Part shown: in pieces, positions 16,913 through 27,190 of the stretch
How the letters are laid out: each line of letters starts with the position of its first letter
Numbering within the stretch: the stretch's first letter is position 1
Assembly (NCBI GenBank): GCA_965279075.1
Contig: CBDIHI010000011.1
Span: 142,044-206,043, forward strand
DNA from: Burkholderiales bacterium
GTDB taxonomy: Bacteria > Pseudomonadota > Gammaproteobacteria > Burkholderiales > SG8-39
Length of the DNA: 64,000 nt
Direction of reading: 5' to 3'
Position numbers and translations under genes: made by a program
Notes under the pieces: generated by a model
What the model was told of the DNA's origin: nothing
The model's database searches: none
The model's input: only the letters and a program-made list of their open reading frames with translations

Positions 16913-19738
16913 ATGGAGGAGGCCCGGAGTCCCGCAAGCGTGCAGCACACGACTTGCTACATGTGCGCATGCCGTTGCGGCATCAAGGTGACGCTCGAGG
17001 ACGGGCGGTTGCGGTTCATCCAGGGTACCGCGGACCATCCGGTCAACCAGGGCGTGCTGTGCGCCAAGGGATCGGCCGGGATCATGAAGCAGCACTCGCC
17101 GGCGAAGCTGCGCGGGCCGCTGATGAGGAAGCCCGGCACCGAGCGGGGCGCAGGAGAGTTCGTGCCGGTTTCGTGGGATGCCGCGCTCGACATGCTTGCC
17201 GCGCGCCTTGCGCGCATCCGCTCCACCGACCCGAAGAAACTCGCCTTCTTCACGGGCCGCGACCAGATGCAGGCGCTCACGGGTCTTTGGGCCCAGCAGT
17301 TCGGCACGCCGAACTGGGCCGCGCACGGCGGCTTCTGCTCGGTGAACATGGCGGCGGCGGGCCTGTATTCGATCGGCTACTCGTTCTGGGAGTTTGGCGC
17401 GCCCGATTGGGATCGCGCGAAGTACTTCATGCTGTGGGGCGTTGCGGAGGACCATGCGTCCAACCCGATCAAGATCGGCCTCGACAAGCTGAAGAAGAAC
17501 GGCGCGAAGTTCGTCTCCGTGAACCCCGTGCGCACCGGGTACTCGGCGATCGCCGACGAATGGCTGCCCGTGCGGCCCGGCACCGACGGCCTGCTGGCGC
17601 TCGCGATGGTGCACGTGCTGTTGAAGCATCGCCTCGTGGACGAGGCGTTTCTCGTCCGCTACACCAACGCCCCCTGGCTTGTGGTGCAAACGCCCGGGCA
17701 GAAGGGCGACGGGCTCTTCCTCAGGGACGCGGCCGGCGCGCCGCTCGTCTACGACCAGAAATCGAAGGCGTTCGTGGCGGGCCTCGACGCCGGGATCGCC
17801 CCCGCGATGTTCGGCGAGTTCGATGCACCGGACGGGCGCCGCGTGAAGACCGTGATGAGCCTGGTCGCGGAGCGTTACCTCGACGATGCGCATTCGCCCG
17901 AGGCGGTCGCTGCCCGGTGCGGCGTTGATGCCGCCACCATCGAGCGCATCGCGCTCGAGATGGCCCACGTAGCCTTCAAGGAAACGATCGAACTGCCGAT
18001 CCGCTGGACCGACGTTTACGGCCGCACGCACGACAAGGTCGTCGGCCGGCCCGTGGCGATGTACGCGATGCGCGGCATCTCGGCGCATTCGAACGGTTTC
18101 CAGTCCTGCCGCGCGCTGCACCTGATCCAGATGCTGCTGGGTGCGCTCGAGGGCCCGGGCAACTTCCGCGCGCGCGCGCCCTTCCCGAAGCCTATTCCGC
18201 CGGCGCTGCTGCCGGAGAACGATGCCTCGGTGATGGACGCGCCGGACACGCCGCTCGGCCGCCCGCCGCTCGGCTTTCCCACGCGGCCCGAGGACCTCGC
18301 GATCGACGCCGAAGGGCGGCCGCTGCGCATCGACAAGGCCTATTCGTGGGAGTCGCCGATCGCGGCGCATGGCGTGATGCACATGGTGATCGCCAACGCA
18401 GTGGCGGGTGACCCGTACCCGATCGACACGCTGATGCTCTACATGGCGAACGTCGCGTGGAATTCCTCCATGAACACCGCTGGCGTGCAGGACATGCTGC
18501 GCGCGAAGGACGAGTCGGGCGAGTACAAGATCCCGTTCATAGTCGTGTCCGACGCCTTCCATTCCGAGACGGTGAATTTCGCCGACCTCGTGCTGCCGGA
18601 CACCACGTACCTCGAGCGCTACGACGCCATCTCCATGCTCGACCGGCCGATCTCGGAGCCGGATGCGGCGGCCGACGCGATCCGTCACCCGATCCTCCCC
18701 CTCGACCGCGACGTCCGGCCCTGGCAGGAAGTGCTGGTGGATCTGGCGTCGCGCCTGAAATTCCCCGCCTTCGTGGCGGCAGATGGGGCGCGTAAATTCA
18801 AGGATTACCCCGACTTCATCGTCAACTACGAGCGCGCACCGGGCATAGGGTTCCTCGCCGGCTGGCGCGGCAAGGCGGGCGAATCGCCCTTGCGCGGTGA
18901 ACCCAACCCGGGCCAGTGGGACGCCTACATCGCGAACAAGTCCTTCTTCGCCCACCACTGGACCGACAGCCAGAAGTACATGCGCTTCGTGAACCGCGAT
19001 TACCAGGAAGCAGCGGTGGCCGCAGGTTTCATCGGGAAGGTCGAGCCGATCGTCATGCAGATCTACTCCGAGCCGCTGCAGAAATTTCGCCTCGCGGGGC
19101 AGGGGCTGTACGAGGGGCCGTGCCCGACCGAGCCCGAGGACAAGGCGCGGCTCGCCGAATTCTTCGACCCGCTGCCGCTCTGGTACCCGCCGTTGGAGAC
19201 GGAGCGCATCGATGCGGGAGCCTTCGAATTCTCCGCAATCACGCAACGCCCGATGATGATGTATCACTCCTGGGACTCGCAGAACGCGTGGTTGCGCCAG
19301 ATCCTCGCCCAGAACTACCTCTACATGAACACGCGGTCCGCGGCGCGGCTGGGCCTCGCCGATTTCGACTGGGTGTGGGTGGAATCCCACGCCGGCAAGG
19401 TGCGCTGCCAGATGAAGACCATGGAAGGCGTGGAGGAGAACACCGTGTGGACGTGGAACGCGATCGGCAAGCAGTCCGGTGCCTGGGGACTCGACAAGGA
19501 CGCAAGCGAGTCCACGCACGGGTTCCTGCTCAACCACCTGATCTCGGAGAGCCTGCCGGCGAGGGAAGGCGAGCGCAGGCTCACCAACTCCGACCCGATC
19601 ACCGGGCAGGCGGCGTGGTTCGACGTGCGCGTGAAGGTCACGAAGTCGGCCGAGGCCGGCCCGTGGCCCGTGTTCGAGCCGATCGAAAGGCTGCCCGGCG
19701 ACGACCAGCCGCGGCCCGCGGTCATCCGGTGGGGTTGA
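16913..19738 (+). CDS. molybdopterin (bis-MGD) oxidoreductase catalytic subunit, no Tat leader; SoeA-like candidate
   Basis: AGGAG lies 6 nt upstream of ATG 16913. The FS0 motif C-x2-C-x3-C-x27-C starts at residue 15 (TCYMCACRCG...LCAKG), so there is no room for a signal peptide. About 941 aa. Followed by FeS and membrane subunit genes. Confidence 0.8.
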   Translation: MEEARSPASVQHTTCYMCACRCGIKVTLEDGRLRFIQGTADHPVNQGVLCAKGSAGIMKQHSPAKLRGPLMRKPGTERGAGEFVPVSWDAALDMLAARLARIRSTDPKKLAFFTGRDQMQALTGLWAQQFGTPNWAAHGGFCSVNMAAAGLYSIGYSFWEFGAPDWDRAKYFMLWGVAEDHASNPIKIGLDKLKKNGAKFVSVNPVRTGYSAIADEWLPVRPGTDGLLALAMVHVLLKHRLVDEAFLVRYTNAPWLVVQTPGQKGDGLFLRDAAGAPLVYDQKSKAFVAGLDAGIAPAMFGEFDAPDGRRVKTVMSLVAERYLDDAHSPEAVAARCGVDAATIERIALEMAHVAFKETIELPIRWTDVYGRTHDKVVGRPVAMYAMRGISAHSNGFQSCRALHLIQMLLGALEGPGNFRARAPFPKPIPPALLPENDASVMDAPDTPLGRPPLGFPTRPEDLAIDAEGRPLRIDKAYSWESPIAAHGVMHMVIANAVAGDPYPIDTLMLYMANVAWNSSMNTAGVQDMLRAKDESGEYKIPFIVVSDAFHSETVNFADLVLPDTTYLERYDAISMLDRPISEPDAAADAIRHPILPLDRDVRPWQEVLVDLASRLKFPAFVAADGARKFKDYPDFIVNYERAPGIGFLAGWRGKAGESPLRGEPNPGQWDAYIANKSFFAHHWTDSQKYMRFVNRDYQEAAVAAGFIGKVEPIVMQIYSEPLQKFRLAGQGLYEGPCPTEPEDKARLAEFFDPLPLWYPPLETERIDAGAFEFSAITQRPMMMYHSWDSQNAWLRQILAQNYLYMNTRSAARLGLADFDWVWVESHAGKVRCQMKTMEGVEENTVWTWNAIGKQSGAWGLDKDASESTHGFLLNHLISESLPAREGERRLTNSDPITGQAAWFDVRVKVTKSAEAGPWPVFEPIERLPGDDQPRPAVIRWG

Positions 19739-19741
19739 GCC

Positions 19742-20449
19742 ATGACTAAGAAACTCGGCCTCGTCATCGACATCGACACCTGCGTCGGCTGCCACGCGTG
19801 CGCGGTGGCCTGCAAGGAATGGAACGGCGGCTCGGCGATCTCCGGCCCGCTCTCCGACTACGAGCCCTACGGCAAGGACCCTTCCGGCGTCTGGTTCAAC
19901 CGGGTGCGGCACTACGAGGCCGGCGAGTACCCGCAGAACAAGACGCTGAACGTGCCCATGTCCTGCATGCACTGCGAGGACGCCGACTGCGTCACCGTCT
20001 GCCCGACGGGCGCCTCCCACAAGCGCGAAGACGGCATCGTGCTGGTCGACCAGGACAAGTGCATGGGCTGCAACCTCTGCGCCTGGGCCTGCCCCTATGG
20101 CGCGCGGGAGCTGGACGAGTCGTCCGGCACGATGAAGAAATGCACGCTCTGCGCCGACCGCATCGACAACGAGCTGCTCCCGCCCGAGGACCGCCAGCCG
20201 GCCTGCGTCCTGGCCTGCCCTACGCACGCGCGGCACTTCGGCGACTTTGCGGACCCGGAATCGAATGTTTCCAGGCTGGTCGCCGAGCGCGAGGGCTTCG
20301 GCATGCTGCCCGAGCTCGGCTACAAGCCGGTGAACCGCTACCTGCCGCCGCGCCGCGTGCCGCAGGTGCCGGTGGCGGAGGGCCATGCGGCCGGGCCGAG
20401 CCTCACCGAGCGGCTCGCCGGCTGGGTCAACAAGCTCGTCGAGCGCTAG
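19742..20449 (+). CDS. 4Fe-4S ferredoxin-type electron-transfer subunit (DmsB/SoeB-like)
   Basis: 235 aa with four Cys clusters: CVGCHACAVAC, CMHCEDADCVTVCP, CMGCNLCAWACP and CTLC...CVLACP. Confidence 0.85.
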   Translation: MTKKLGLVIDIDTCVGCHACAVACKEWNGGSAISGPLSDYEPYGKDPSGVWFNRVRHYEAGEYPQNKTLNVPMSCMHCEDADCVTVCPTGASHKREDGIVLVDQDKCMGCNLCAWACPYGARELDESSGTMKKCTLCADRIDNELLPPEDRQPACVLACPTHARHFGDFADPESNVSRLVAEREGFGMLPELGYKPVNRYLPPRRVPQVPVAEGHAAGPSLTERLAGWVNKLVER

Positions 20450-20457
20450 GAGGCGGC

Positions 20458-21369
20458 ATGAAACCTGCGCTTTCGATCGTATTCTTCACGGTGAGTTCCG
20501 GTGCCGGGCTTGGCCTCCTTGCCTTGCTTGCGCTGGCCGACCTGCTGCGCGCGGGCCTTGCGGCCGGCCAGCTGCTCACCGGCGCCGTGCTCGGCTTCGT
20601 GCTCGTCGCGGCCGGGCTCGCCTCGTCCACGCTGCACCTGGCGAACCCGAAGAACGCCTGGCGCTCGTTTGCGCGCTTCGGCACTTCGTGGCTGTCGCGC
20701 GAGGCGGTGTTCGCGGTGCTGTTCATGCTCGCCGCAGCCGGGTACATCGCCGCGCTGGCCTGGGCGCCGGGCCTGGATCGCCGGCCCCTGGCCGTGGCGC
20801 TCGTGCTGCTGGCCTGGGTCGTCCTGTACTGCACCGCCATGATCTACGCGAGCCTGAAGCCGATCCGGATGTGGCATACGGGCCTGACGCCCCTGTGTTA
20901 CCTGCTGTTCGGCCATGCGTCCGCGAGCCTGCTGCTGGCGTGGATTGCCGGCCCGGGCGAGGCCGGCGCGCCGAGGTTTGCCGTCGTGGTGCTGGCGCTG
21001 CTGGCGGCGGCGGCGCTTGCCAAGCTCGCGTGGATGCGCAATGCGTCAAAGGCGGGCGGGCCCGGCATCCAGTCCGCGCTGGGGCAGCCCACCGCTGCGC
21101 AAGTGAAACTCCTCGACGCGGGCCATACCCACGGGACCTTCCTCACCAACGAGTTCGCCTTCAAGCTGGCCCGCGCGCATGCCCGGCGCGTGCGCACGGC
21201 ATTCTTCGTCGGGACCTTCGTGCTGCCGGCCGTGGCGATCGCCTTCTTCCCCGATGCCATGCTGGGTGCGGCGCTGGCCTGCATGGCGGGGCTGTTTGCC
21301 GAGCGCTGGCTGTTCTTCGCCGAGGCCCGGCACACGGTGAACCTGTATCACGGGGCCCGCCGCAGCTAG
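20458..21369 (+). CDS. molybdoenzyme membrane anchor subunit (DmsC/SoeC-like)
   Basis: About 303 aa, with roughly 8 hydrophobic segments. Starts MKPALSIVFFTVSSGAGLGLL, 8 nt after the FeS subunit stop and preceded by GGAGG. Confidence 0.7.
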   Translation: MKPALSIVFFTVSSGAGLGLLALLALADLLRAGLAAGQLLTGAVLGFVLVAAGLASSTLHLANPKNAWRSFARFGTSWLSREAVFAVLFMLAAAGYIAALAWAPGLDRRPLAVALVLLAWVVLYCTAMIYASLKPIRMWHTGLTPLCYLLFGHASASLLLAWIAGPGEAGAPRFAVVVLALLAAAALAKLAWMRNASKAGGPGIQSALGQPTAAQVKLLDAGHTHGTFLTNEFAFKLARAHARRVRTAFFVGTFVLPAVAIAFFPDAMLGAALACMAGLFAERWLFFAEARHTVNLYHGARRS

Positions 21370-21405
21370 AATGGCCGCTGGCAAAACGCACCAGCCGAGG
21401 ATCCC

Positions 21406-21633
21406 ATGCATTTCGACGCCGAACTCGACGCCCGCGGGCTGAACTGCCCGCTGCCGATCCTGCGGACCAAGAAGAAGCTTTCCGAGCTTGCCAGCGGACA
21501 GGTCCTCAAGATCGAGGCCACCGACCCGGGTTCGGTGAAGGACTTCCAGATGTTCTGCAAGCAGACCGGCCACCAGCTCCTTTCGCAGACCGACGGTGGC
21601 AAGGAGTTCACTTTCTTCATGCAGAAGAAGTAG
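21406..21633 (+). CDS. tusA: TusA-family sulfurtransferase
   Basis: 75 aa. LDARGLNCPLPILRTKKKL carries the conserved CPxP active-site Cys motif. Confidence 0.8.
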   Translation: MHFDAELDARGLNCPLPILRTKKKLSELASGQVLKIEATDPGSVKDFQMFCKQTGHQLLSQTDGGKEFTFFMQKK

Positions 21634-21637
21634 GTCC

Positions 21638-22228
21638 GTGGGCCACCCGGCGCGCTGGATCCGGCTGGACAGCGAAGGCGTCGCGGGAATCGTCGCGGTC
21701 TGCCGTGGGCTCGCGCGCGTGCAGGGCCCGCGCGGGGCGCCAGCCTGTCTGTGGGGTCGCGCGGCGGGTCCTGTCCGCCTGGGCGAGGAGGTCTGGGCAG
21801 AGGCAGGCGACCATGTGTTCGCACTGCTCGTGCCGCGGCTCCTCGCGCCGGGGCGTGCGGACCGGTGGCTGGCCTGGGGGCTCTCGCCCGTGGTCGCCGC
21901 GCTGCGCCGCTTCGGGGCGCATGCGTACCTGGACGGCAACGCGATCCGGTTGCACGGCAAGCGGATCGGCGGCGGCAGCGCAGGAGCGGTCGAAGACTGT
22001 GCGGTCGTGTTCGGCGTCTTCCCGGCAGCCGCGCCGCCGGAAACGCCCGGACGCGGCGACCTTCTCCTGGTCGATGCCTGGCTTTCCGCCCTGAACGGGG
22101 AGGGTCGCGCACGCAGGATGCTGGCGGCGTTCCGCAGCGCCATCGAGGCGCAGTACGGCTGGGCGTTCGATACCGACTGGCCCAGCAAAGCCGAGCGCTC
22201 GGCCATCCTGTCCGAGGCCGTGCAGTAA
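21638..22228 (+). CDS. hypothetical protein; weak resemblance to the BPL/LplA/LipB catalytic-domain fold
   Basis: GTG start 5 nt after the tusA stop. By eye, CLWGRAAGPVRLG and LDGNAIRLHGKRIGGGSAG resemble the LplA blocks LWRN..VVIGR and GRKVSGSA, but the RRxSGGGAV block is absent. The function call is speculative. Confidence 0.3.
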   Translation: MGHPARWIRLDSEGVAGIVAVCRGLARVQGPRGAPACLWGRAAGPVRLGEEVWAEAGDHVFALLVPRLLAPGRADRWLAWGLSPVVAALRRFGAHAYLDGNAIRLHGKRIGGGSAGAVEDCAVVFGVFPAAAPPETPGRGDLLLVDAWLSALNGEGRARRMLAAFRSAIEAQYGWAFDTDWPSKAERSAILSEAVQ

Positions 22229-22272
22229 GCCTTCTCCTCTTGAATTCAGGACTTTATTTCAGGAACCCCGCG

Positions 22273-22298
22273 CCAGGAGCCGATCTCCGGGATATTTT
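22273..22298 (+). terminator. candidate intrinsic terminator
   Basis: CCAGGAG-ccgat-CTCCGGG (one mismatch) followed by ATATTTT, in the convergent gap between 22228 and 22317. Confidence 0.35.
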
Positions 22299-22316
22299 GT
22301 ACCGATACCAGTACAT

Positions 22317-23570
22317 TTACGCCTCACGGGCCGCGATCCAGAGCCTCTCGTACACCGGCCGGATGGCGTCCCTGATGTGCGGTAGCTGCCGCCAGTAGAG
22401 CAGCGCTGCCGCCACGGCGATCCCGCCGCCCAGCCCCAGCGTCGCCGGCGGGCCGGCGTACTGCGACACCCAGCCCGCAGCCAGCGCCCCGATCGGGCTC
22501 ATGCCCAGGAACGACATGATGTAGATCGCCGCGACCCGCGCGCGCAGACGGTCCTCGACGAGCGACTGCAGCAGGGTATTGGTCGAGGCCGCGGTGAGCA
22601 TGATGCCGGCGCCGATGACGTAGACCATCGGGACCGCCAGCCACAGGCTTTCGCAGAACGAAAACGCGATCAGCGTGACCCCGGCGACGGCGACGGCGCG
22701 CGGCAGAAGCGTCAGCAGCCCGCGCACCGTGGGCCGGGTGGCGAGGTAGACCATGCCGCTCACCGCGCCGAACCCCGCGGCGCTGAGCAGCAGGCCTAGC
22801 GTGTGCGAGTCGCCGTGGTACACGGTCTTGGCGAAGTAAGGCATCAGCGACTGGTAGGGTTGCGTGGCGAAGCTCGTGACCGCCAGCAGCAGCAGCGCGC
22901 AGCGCGTCGGCAGGAACCCGAAGGCCCAGCGGAATCCCGCGGTGAACTGCGTTAGCCAGGCATCCTTGCCGGGCTCGGGCGGGCGGGGCTTCACACGGAT
23001 CGCCACCAGTGCCGCGAACACGGCGAGGTAGGAGACCGCGTTCAGCCCGAAGCCCCAGGTCTCGCCCAGCGCTGAGATCACGATCCCGCCGATCATGGGG
23101 CCGACGAAGCGCGCGCCGTTCATGATCGTCGACTGCATGGCGATCGCGTTGGGCAGGTCTTCCTTGCCCTCGACCATCTCGATCAGGAAGGACTGGCGGC
23201 TGGGCCCGTCGAAGGCGTTGGCGAGGCCCAGCACGAAATTTCCCGCCACGAGGTGCCACGCCTCGATGTGCCCCGATGCGACCAGCGCGAACATCGTGGT
23301 CGACTGCAGCAGCGCTACCGACTGGGTACAGAAGAGCACGCGCCGCTTGGGCAACTGGTCGATCCACACCGCCGCGACGGGCGAAAGCACGAGGAAGGGG
23401 ATCTGCAGCGCGAAGGTCGCGAGGCCGAGCAGGAACGCCGAGTTCGACAGTTTGTAGACCAGCCAGCTGGTGGCGATCAGCTGCAGCCAGGTGCCGATCT
23501 GCGACACGCCCTGGCCGAACATGAACAGGCGGAAGCTCCGGTGCCTGAACGCCCGCAGCGCGTGGATCAT
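22317..23570 (-). CDS. MFS transporter (EntS/MFS_3-like)
   Basis: 417 aa from MIHALRAFRHRSFRLFMFGQGVSQIGTW, with about 12 TM segments. The ATG overlaps the upstream methyltransferase stop (ATGA). Confidence 0.75.
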   Translation of the reverse strand: MIHALRAFRHRSFRLFMFGQGVSQIGTWLQLIATSWLVYKLSNSAFLLGLATFALQIPFLVLSPVAAVWIDQLPKRRVLFCTQSVALLQSTTMFALVASGHIEAWHLVAGNFVLGLANAFDGPSRQSFLIEMVEGKEDLPNAIAMQSTIMNGARFVGPMIGGIVISALGETWGFGLNAVSYLAVFAALVAIRVKPRPPEPGKDAWLTQFTAGFRWAFGFLPTRCALLLLAVTSFATQPYQSLMPYFAKTVYHGDSHTLGLLLSAAGFGAVSGMVYLATRPTVRGLLTLLPRAVAVAGVTLIAFSFCESLWLAVPMVYVIGAGIMLTAASTNTLLQSLVEDRLRARVAAIYIMSFLGMSPIGALAAGWVSQYAGPPATLGLGGGIAVAAALLYWRQLPHIRDAIRPVYERLWIAAREA

Positions 23571-24280
23571 GGCCCGGCGGCGGGCGAGCGAGGACGGAAG
23601 GTGACGACCACGTTCATGTCCATGGGTCCCTCGCGCAGCTCGAGGATGAAGCGCAGGAACCGCTCGGCGAGCGAGCGCAGGCCCCGCTGCACGACCTGGC
23701 GCAGGCCGGGCAGGCCGCCCGCCCAGGAGCGGTACTGGTTGGCGCAGGACACGAGCTCGAAGCCGTGGCGGGCGGCGAGCTGGCGCATCTTCTCGCACGA
23801 CAACCACTGGCAGTGGGTCGCGTCGCCGTTCTGGATCGGCAGGCCGAAGGGCGAGGCGGCATTCGGGAAGCGCGCCACGCACAGGCCCGTGTCGGACAGG
23901 TGGGCGACGATCCAGCGCAGCGTGCGCGCGAGGTCCTCGTCGGGCAGGTGCTCCAGCACGTCGATCAGCACGACGAGGTCGAAGCGCGCCTCGGCCAGCG
24001 CGGCGATCTCGTCGACCTTGCCGCAGTGCACGTCGAATCCCTTTTCGGCGCCCAGGCGCACGGAGTTCGGATTGAGCTCCGTGCCGCTGACACTGGCGGC
24101 TTCACCCGCGGCCCACGCGAGGAACGCGCCGTTGCCGAACCCGATCTCGAGGACCCGCGCGCCCGCGACCGGCGCATGCGCGAACTGGCCGCGGAAGTAC
24201 TTGGCGTCCTTGCGCGAAAACCGGAAGGCGCCGGCCGAATGCCAGGATTTCCAGGCGGCGTAGTCGGCGTCGAAGTCCAT
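23567..24280 (-). CDS. class I SAM-dependent methyltransferase
   Basis: 237 aa from MDFDADYAAW. Motif I VLEIGFGNGAF and post-I/II region LVVLIDVLEHLPDED. Starts 8 nt after the valS stop. Confidence 0.7.
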   Translation of the reverse strand: MDFDADYAAWKSWHSAGAFRFSRKDAKYFRGQFAHAPVAGARVLEIGFGNGAFLAWAAGEAASVSGTELNPNSVRLGAEKGFDVHCGKVDEIAALAEARFDLVVLIDVLEHLPDEDLARTLRWIVAHLSDTGLCVARFPNAASPFGLPIQNGDATHCQWLSCEKMRQLAARHGFELVSCANQYRSWAGGLPGLRQVVQRGLRSLAERFLRFILELREGPMDMNVVVTFRPRSPAAGP

Positions 24281-24287
24281 CCCGGGG

Positions 24288-27113
24288 TCAGCGCGCCGCG
24301 AGCTTGTCCAGTTGCGGCCGGAGCTTGTCCAGCGTCGCTTCGAACCCGGCGAGCCGGGCCTTCTCCTGTTCCACGACCTTCGCGGGCGCACGCTCGACGA
24401 AGGACGCGTTGGACAGCTTGGCGTGCGCCTTCACCAGCTCGCCCTCGAGCCGCGCGATCTCCTTGCCGAGGCGCTCGCGTTCCGCGGCGATGTCGATCTC
24501 CACGCGCAGCATCAGCCGGAACTCCCCGACGATCGCGACCGGGGCGTCGGCCTGCGGGAGTTCGGACACGGCCTGGAACTCGGACACCCTGGCGAGCGAT
24601 TGCAGGTAGGGCGCAAGCCGCCCGATCGCATCGGCGTTGCCCGCCACGAACAGCGGCACACGCAGCGCCGGGGACACGCCCATCTCGCCGCGCAGGTTGC
24701 GCACGGCGTCCACGAGGCTCTTGAGGAGCGCCATTTCGGCGTCCGCGGCGGGGTCGACCTTCGCCGGCTCGGATTGCGGGTAACGCGCGAGCGACACGGA
24801 CTCCGTGTTCTTGCGACCTGCAAGGGGGGCCACGGTCTGCCAGAGCTCTTCGGTGATGAACGGGATCACCGGGTGGGCGAGGCGCAGCGTGGCCTCGAGC
24901 ACGCGCAGCAGCGTCTTGCGCGTGCCGCGCTGGGCTTGCGGCGAGCCGTTCTGGAGCTGCACCTTGGCGAGCTCCACGTACCAGTCGCAGTACTCGTCCC
25001 AGACGAAGCGGTAGATGGCGCCGGCAAGGTTGTCGAAGCGGTATTCCTCGAAGCCCTTGGCCACCTCGGCCTCGGTGCGCTGCAGCTGGCTGACGATCCA
25101 GCGGTCGGCGAACGACAGCTCGACCGGATCCTTGTCGTCCGCGCCGCAGTCCTTGCCCTCGACGTTCATCAGTACGAAGCGGGTCGCGTTCCACAGCTTG
25201 TTGCAGAAGTTGCGGTAGCCCTCGCAGCGGTTGAGGTCGAAGTTGAGCGTGCGGGCGAAACTCGCGAGCGAGGCGAACGTGAAGCGCAGAGCGTCGGCGC
25301 CGAAGGAGGGGATGCCTTCGGGGTAGTTCTTCTTCACGTACTTCTCGATCTTCTGCTTGTGGTCGGCGCGCATCAGGCCGACGGTGGACTTCGCGAGCAG
25401 GTCTTCGAGCGAGATCCCGTCGATGAGGTCCAGCGGATCCAGCGTGTTGCCCTTGGACTTCGACATCTTCTGGCCGTCGGCATCACGCACCAGCGCGTTG
25501 ATGTACACGTGACGGAACGGCACCTTGCCGGTGAAGTGCAGCGTCATCATGATCATCCGGGCGACCCAGAAGAAGATGATGTCGAAGCCGGTGACGAGCA
25601 CGGAGGAGGGCAGGAACTTCTCCAGGTCCCGCGTCTTCTCCGGCCAGCCCAGCGACGTGAACGGCACCAGCGCCGAGGAGAACCACGTGTCCAGCACGTC
25701 CTCGTCGCGCCTGAGCGCGCCGGTCCGGCCTTTTGCCGCGGCCTGCTTCTGCGCCTCTTCCTCGCTGCGCGCGACGTAGACGTTGCCGGCGTCGTCGTAC
25801 CACGCCGGGATCTGGTGGCCCCACCAGAGCTGGCGCGAGATGCACCAGTCCTGGATGTTCTCCAGCCAGTGGTTGTAGGTGCTGGTCCAGTGGTCGGGGT
25901 AGAACTTCACGTCGCCCTTCGCCACCGCCTCGAGGCCGGATTTCGCGAGGCCCTCCGTCTTCACGAACCACTGGTCGGTGAGCATGGGCTCGACCACGAC
26001 GCCGGTGCGGCCGGATTTCGGCACCATCATCTTGTGCGGCTCGGCGGCGGCCAGGAATCCGTCGTGCTCGAGCTGGGCCACGACGGCCTTGCGTGCGGCG
26101 TAGCGGTCCATGCCGCGGAACTGCGCCGGGCCGTTCTCGTTGACCTTCGCGTCTAGCGTGAAGATGACGATCAGGGGCAGGTTGTGGCGGATCGCCGCGC
26201 CGTAGTCGTTGAAGTCGTGGGCGCCGGTGATCTTGACGCACCCGGTGCCGAAGTCGCGCTCCACGAACGAGTCCGCGATGACCGGGATCGTCCGGTCGCA
26301 CAGCGGCAGGATCACGCGCTTGCCGACCAGGTGGCGGTAGCGGGGGTCTTCCGGGTGCACGGCGACCGCGCCGTCCGCGAGCATCGTCTCGGGGCGCGTC
26401 GTGGCGATCGTCATGCCGCGCAGCGTGACGGGATTGCCGTCCTTGTCGGTGGACGGCTGCGGCCCGTCGACGAACGGGTAGAGGATCTGCCACATCGTGC
26501 CGGTGGTTTCCTCGGAGTCGACCTCGAGGTCCGACACTGCGGTGCCGAGCACCGGGTCCCAGTTGACGAGGCGCTTGCCGCGGTAGATCAGGCCCTCTTC
26601 GTAAAGCCGCACGAACACCTCGGCGACGGCGTGCGACATCTTCGCGTCCATCGTGAAGTAGCCGGCCTTCTGCCCTTCCGTGTCCGCATAGCCCCAGTTG
26701 GCCGAGTCGCCGAGCCGCCGCATCTGGCGCGTGATCGTCGAACCGGATTCCTGCTTCCAGTCCCACACGCGTTCCATGAACTTCTCGCGGCCCAGGTCGT
26801 GCCGCGTCCTGCCTTCGGCCTGCAACTGGCGCTCGACCACGATCTGGGTCGCGATTCCGGCGTGGTCGGTGCCGACCACCCAGTTGGTGTCGTGGCCGCG
26901 CATGCGGTGGTATCGGATCAGCGAATCCATCAGCGTCTGCTGGAACGCGTGGCCCATGTGCAGCGTGCCGGTGACGTTCGGCGGCGGCAGCTGGATGCAG
27001 TAGGCGGGCCGGCCGGCCGTATCCGGGCTGGTGGCGAAGTATCCCTTCGCCTCCCAATCGGCGTACCAGCGGCGTTCGATGGAATGCGGTTCGAAACTCT
27101 TGTCGAGAGACAT
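24288..27113 (-). CDS. valS: valine--tRNA ligase
   Basis: HIGH-type motif [20 protein letters not shown] motif [10 protein letters not shown], and a C-terminal coiled coil. Start taken at [10 protein letters not shown]. Confidence 0.95.
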   Translation of the reverse strand: MSLDKSFEPHSIERRWYADWEAKGYFATSPDTAGRPAYCIQLPPPNVTGTLHMGHAFQQTLMDSLIRYHRMRGHDTNWVVGTDHAGIATQIVVERQLQAEGRTRHDLGREKFMERVWDWKQESGSTITRQMRRLGDSANWGYADTEGQKAGYFTMDAKMSHAVAEVFVRLYEEGLIYRGKRLVNWDPVLGTAVSDLEVDSEETTGTMWQILYPFVDGPQPSTDKDGNPVTLRGMTIATTRPETMLADGAVAVHPEDPRYRHLVGKRVILPLCDRTIPVIADSFVERDFGTGCVKITGAHDFNDYGAAIRHNLPLIVIFTLDAKVNENGPAQFRGMDRYAARKAVVAQLEHDGFLAAAEPHKMMVPKSGRTGVVVEPMLTDQWFVKTEGLAKSGLEAVAKGDVKFYPDHWTSTYNHWLENIQDWCISRQLWWGHQIPAWYDDAGNVYVARSEEEAQKQAAAKGRTGALRRDEDVLDTWFSSALVPFTSLGWPEKTRDLEKFLPSSVLVTGFDIIFFWVARMIMMTLHFTGKVPFRHVYINALVRDADGQKMSKSKGNTLDPLDLIDGISLEDLLAKSTVGLMRADHKQKIEKYVKKNYPEGIPSFGADALRFTFASLASFARTLNFDLNRCEGYRNFCNKLWNATRFVLMNVEGKDCGADDKDPVELSFADRWIVSQLQRTEAEVAKGFEEYRFDNLAGAIYRFVWDEYCDWYVELAKVQLQNGSPQAQRGTRKTLLRVLEATLRLAHPVIPFITEELWQTVAPLAGRKNTESVSLARYPQSEPAKVDPAADAEMALLKSLVDAVRNLRGEMGVSPALRVPLFVAGNADAIGRLAPYLQSLARVSEFQAVSELPQADAPVAIVGEFRLMLRVEIDIAAERERLGKEIARLEGELVKAHAKLSNASFVERAPAKVVEQEKARLAGFEATLDKLRPQLDKLAAR

Positions 27114-27190
27114 TAAGGGCTTGTCAGGAAAAGGAAAATCGGAGGCCGGCATTATACCAACCGGCGCTGCCGCACAGCCGGGGAGCGGTG

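Noticed and set aside
16763-20386. 1207-aa minus-strand ORF covering the whole molybdoenzyme region
   Set aside because: It is antisense to two ORFs with unmistakable cofactor motifs. Its translation is dominated by Arg/Ala/Gly/Pro/Val runs with no motif. This is the typical stop-codon-poor shadow frame of very GC-rich DNA.
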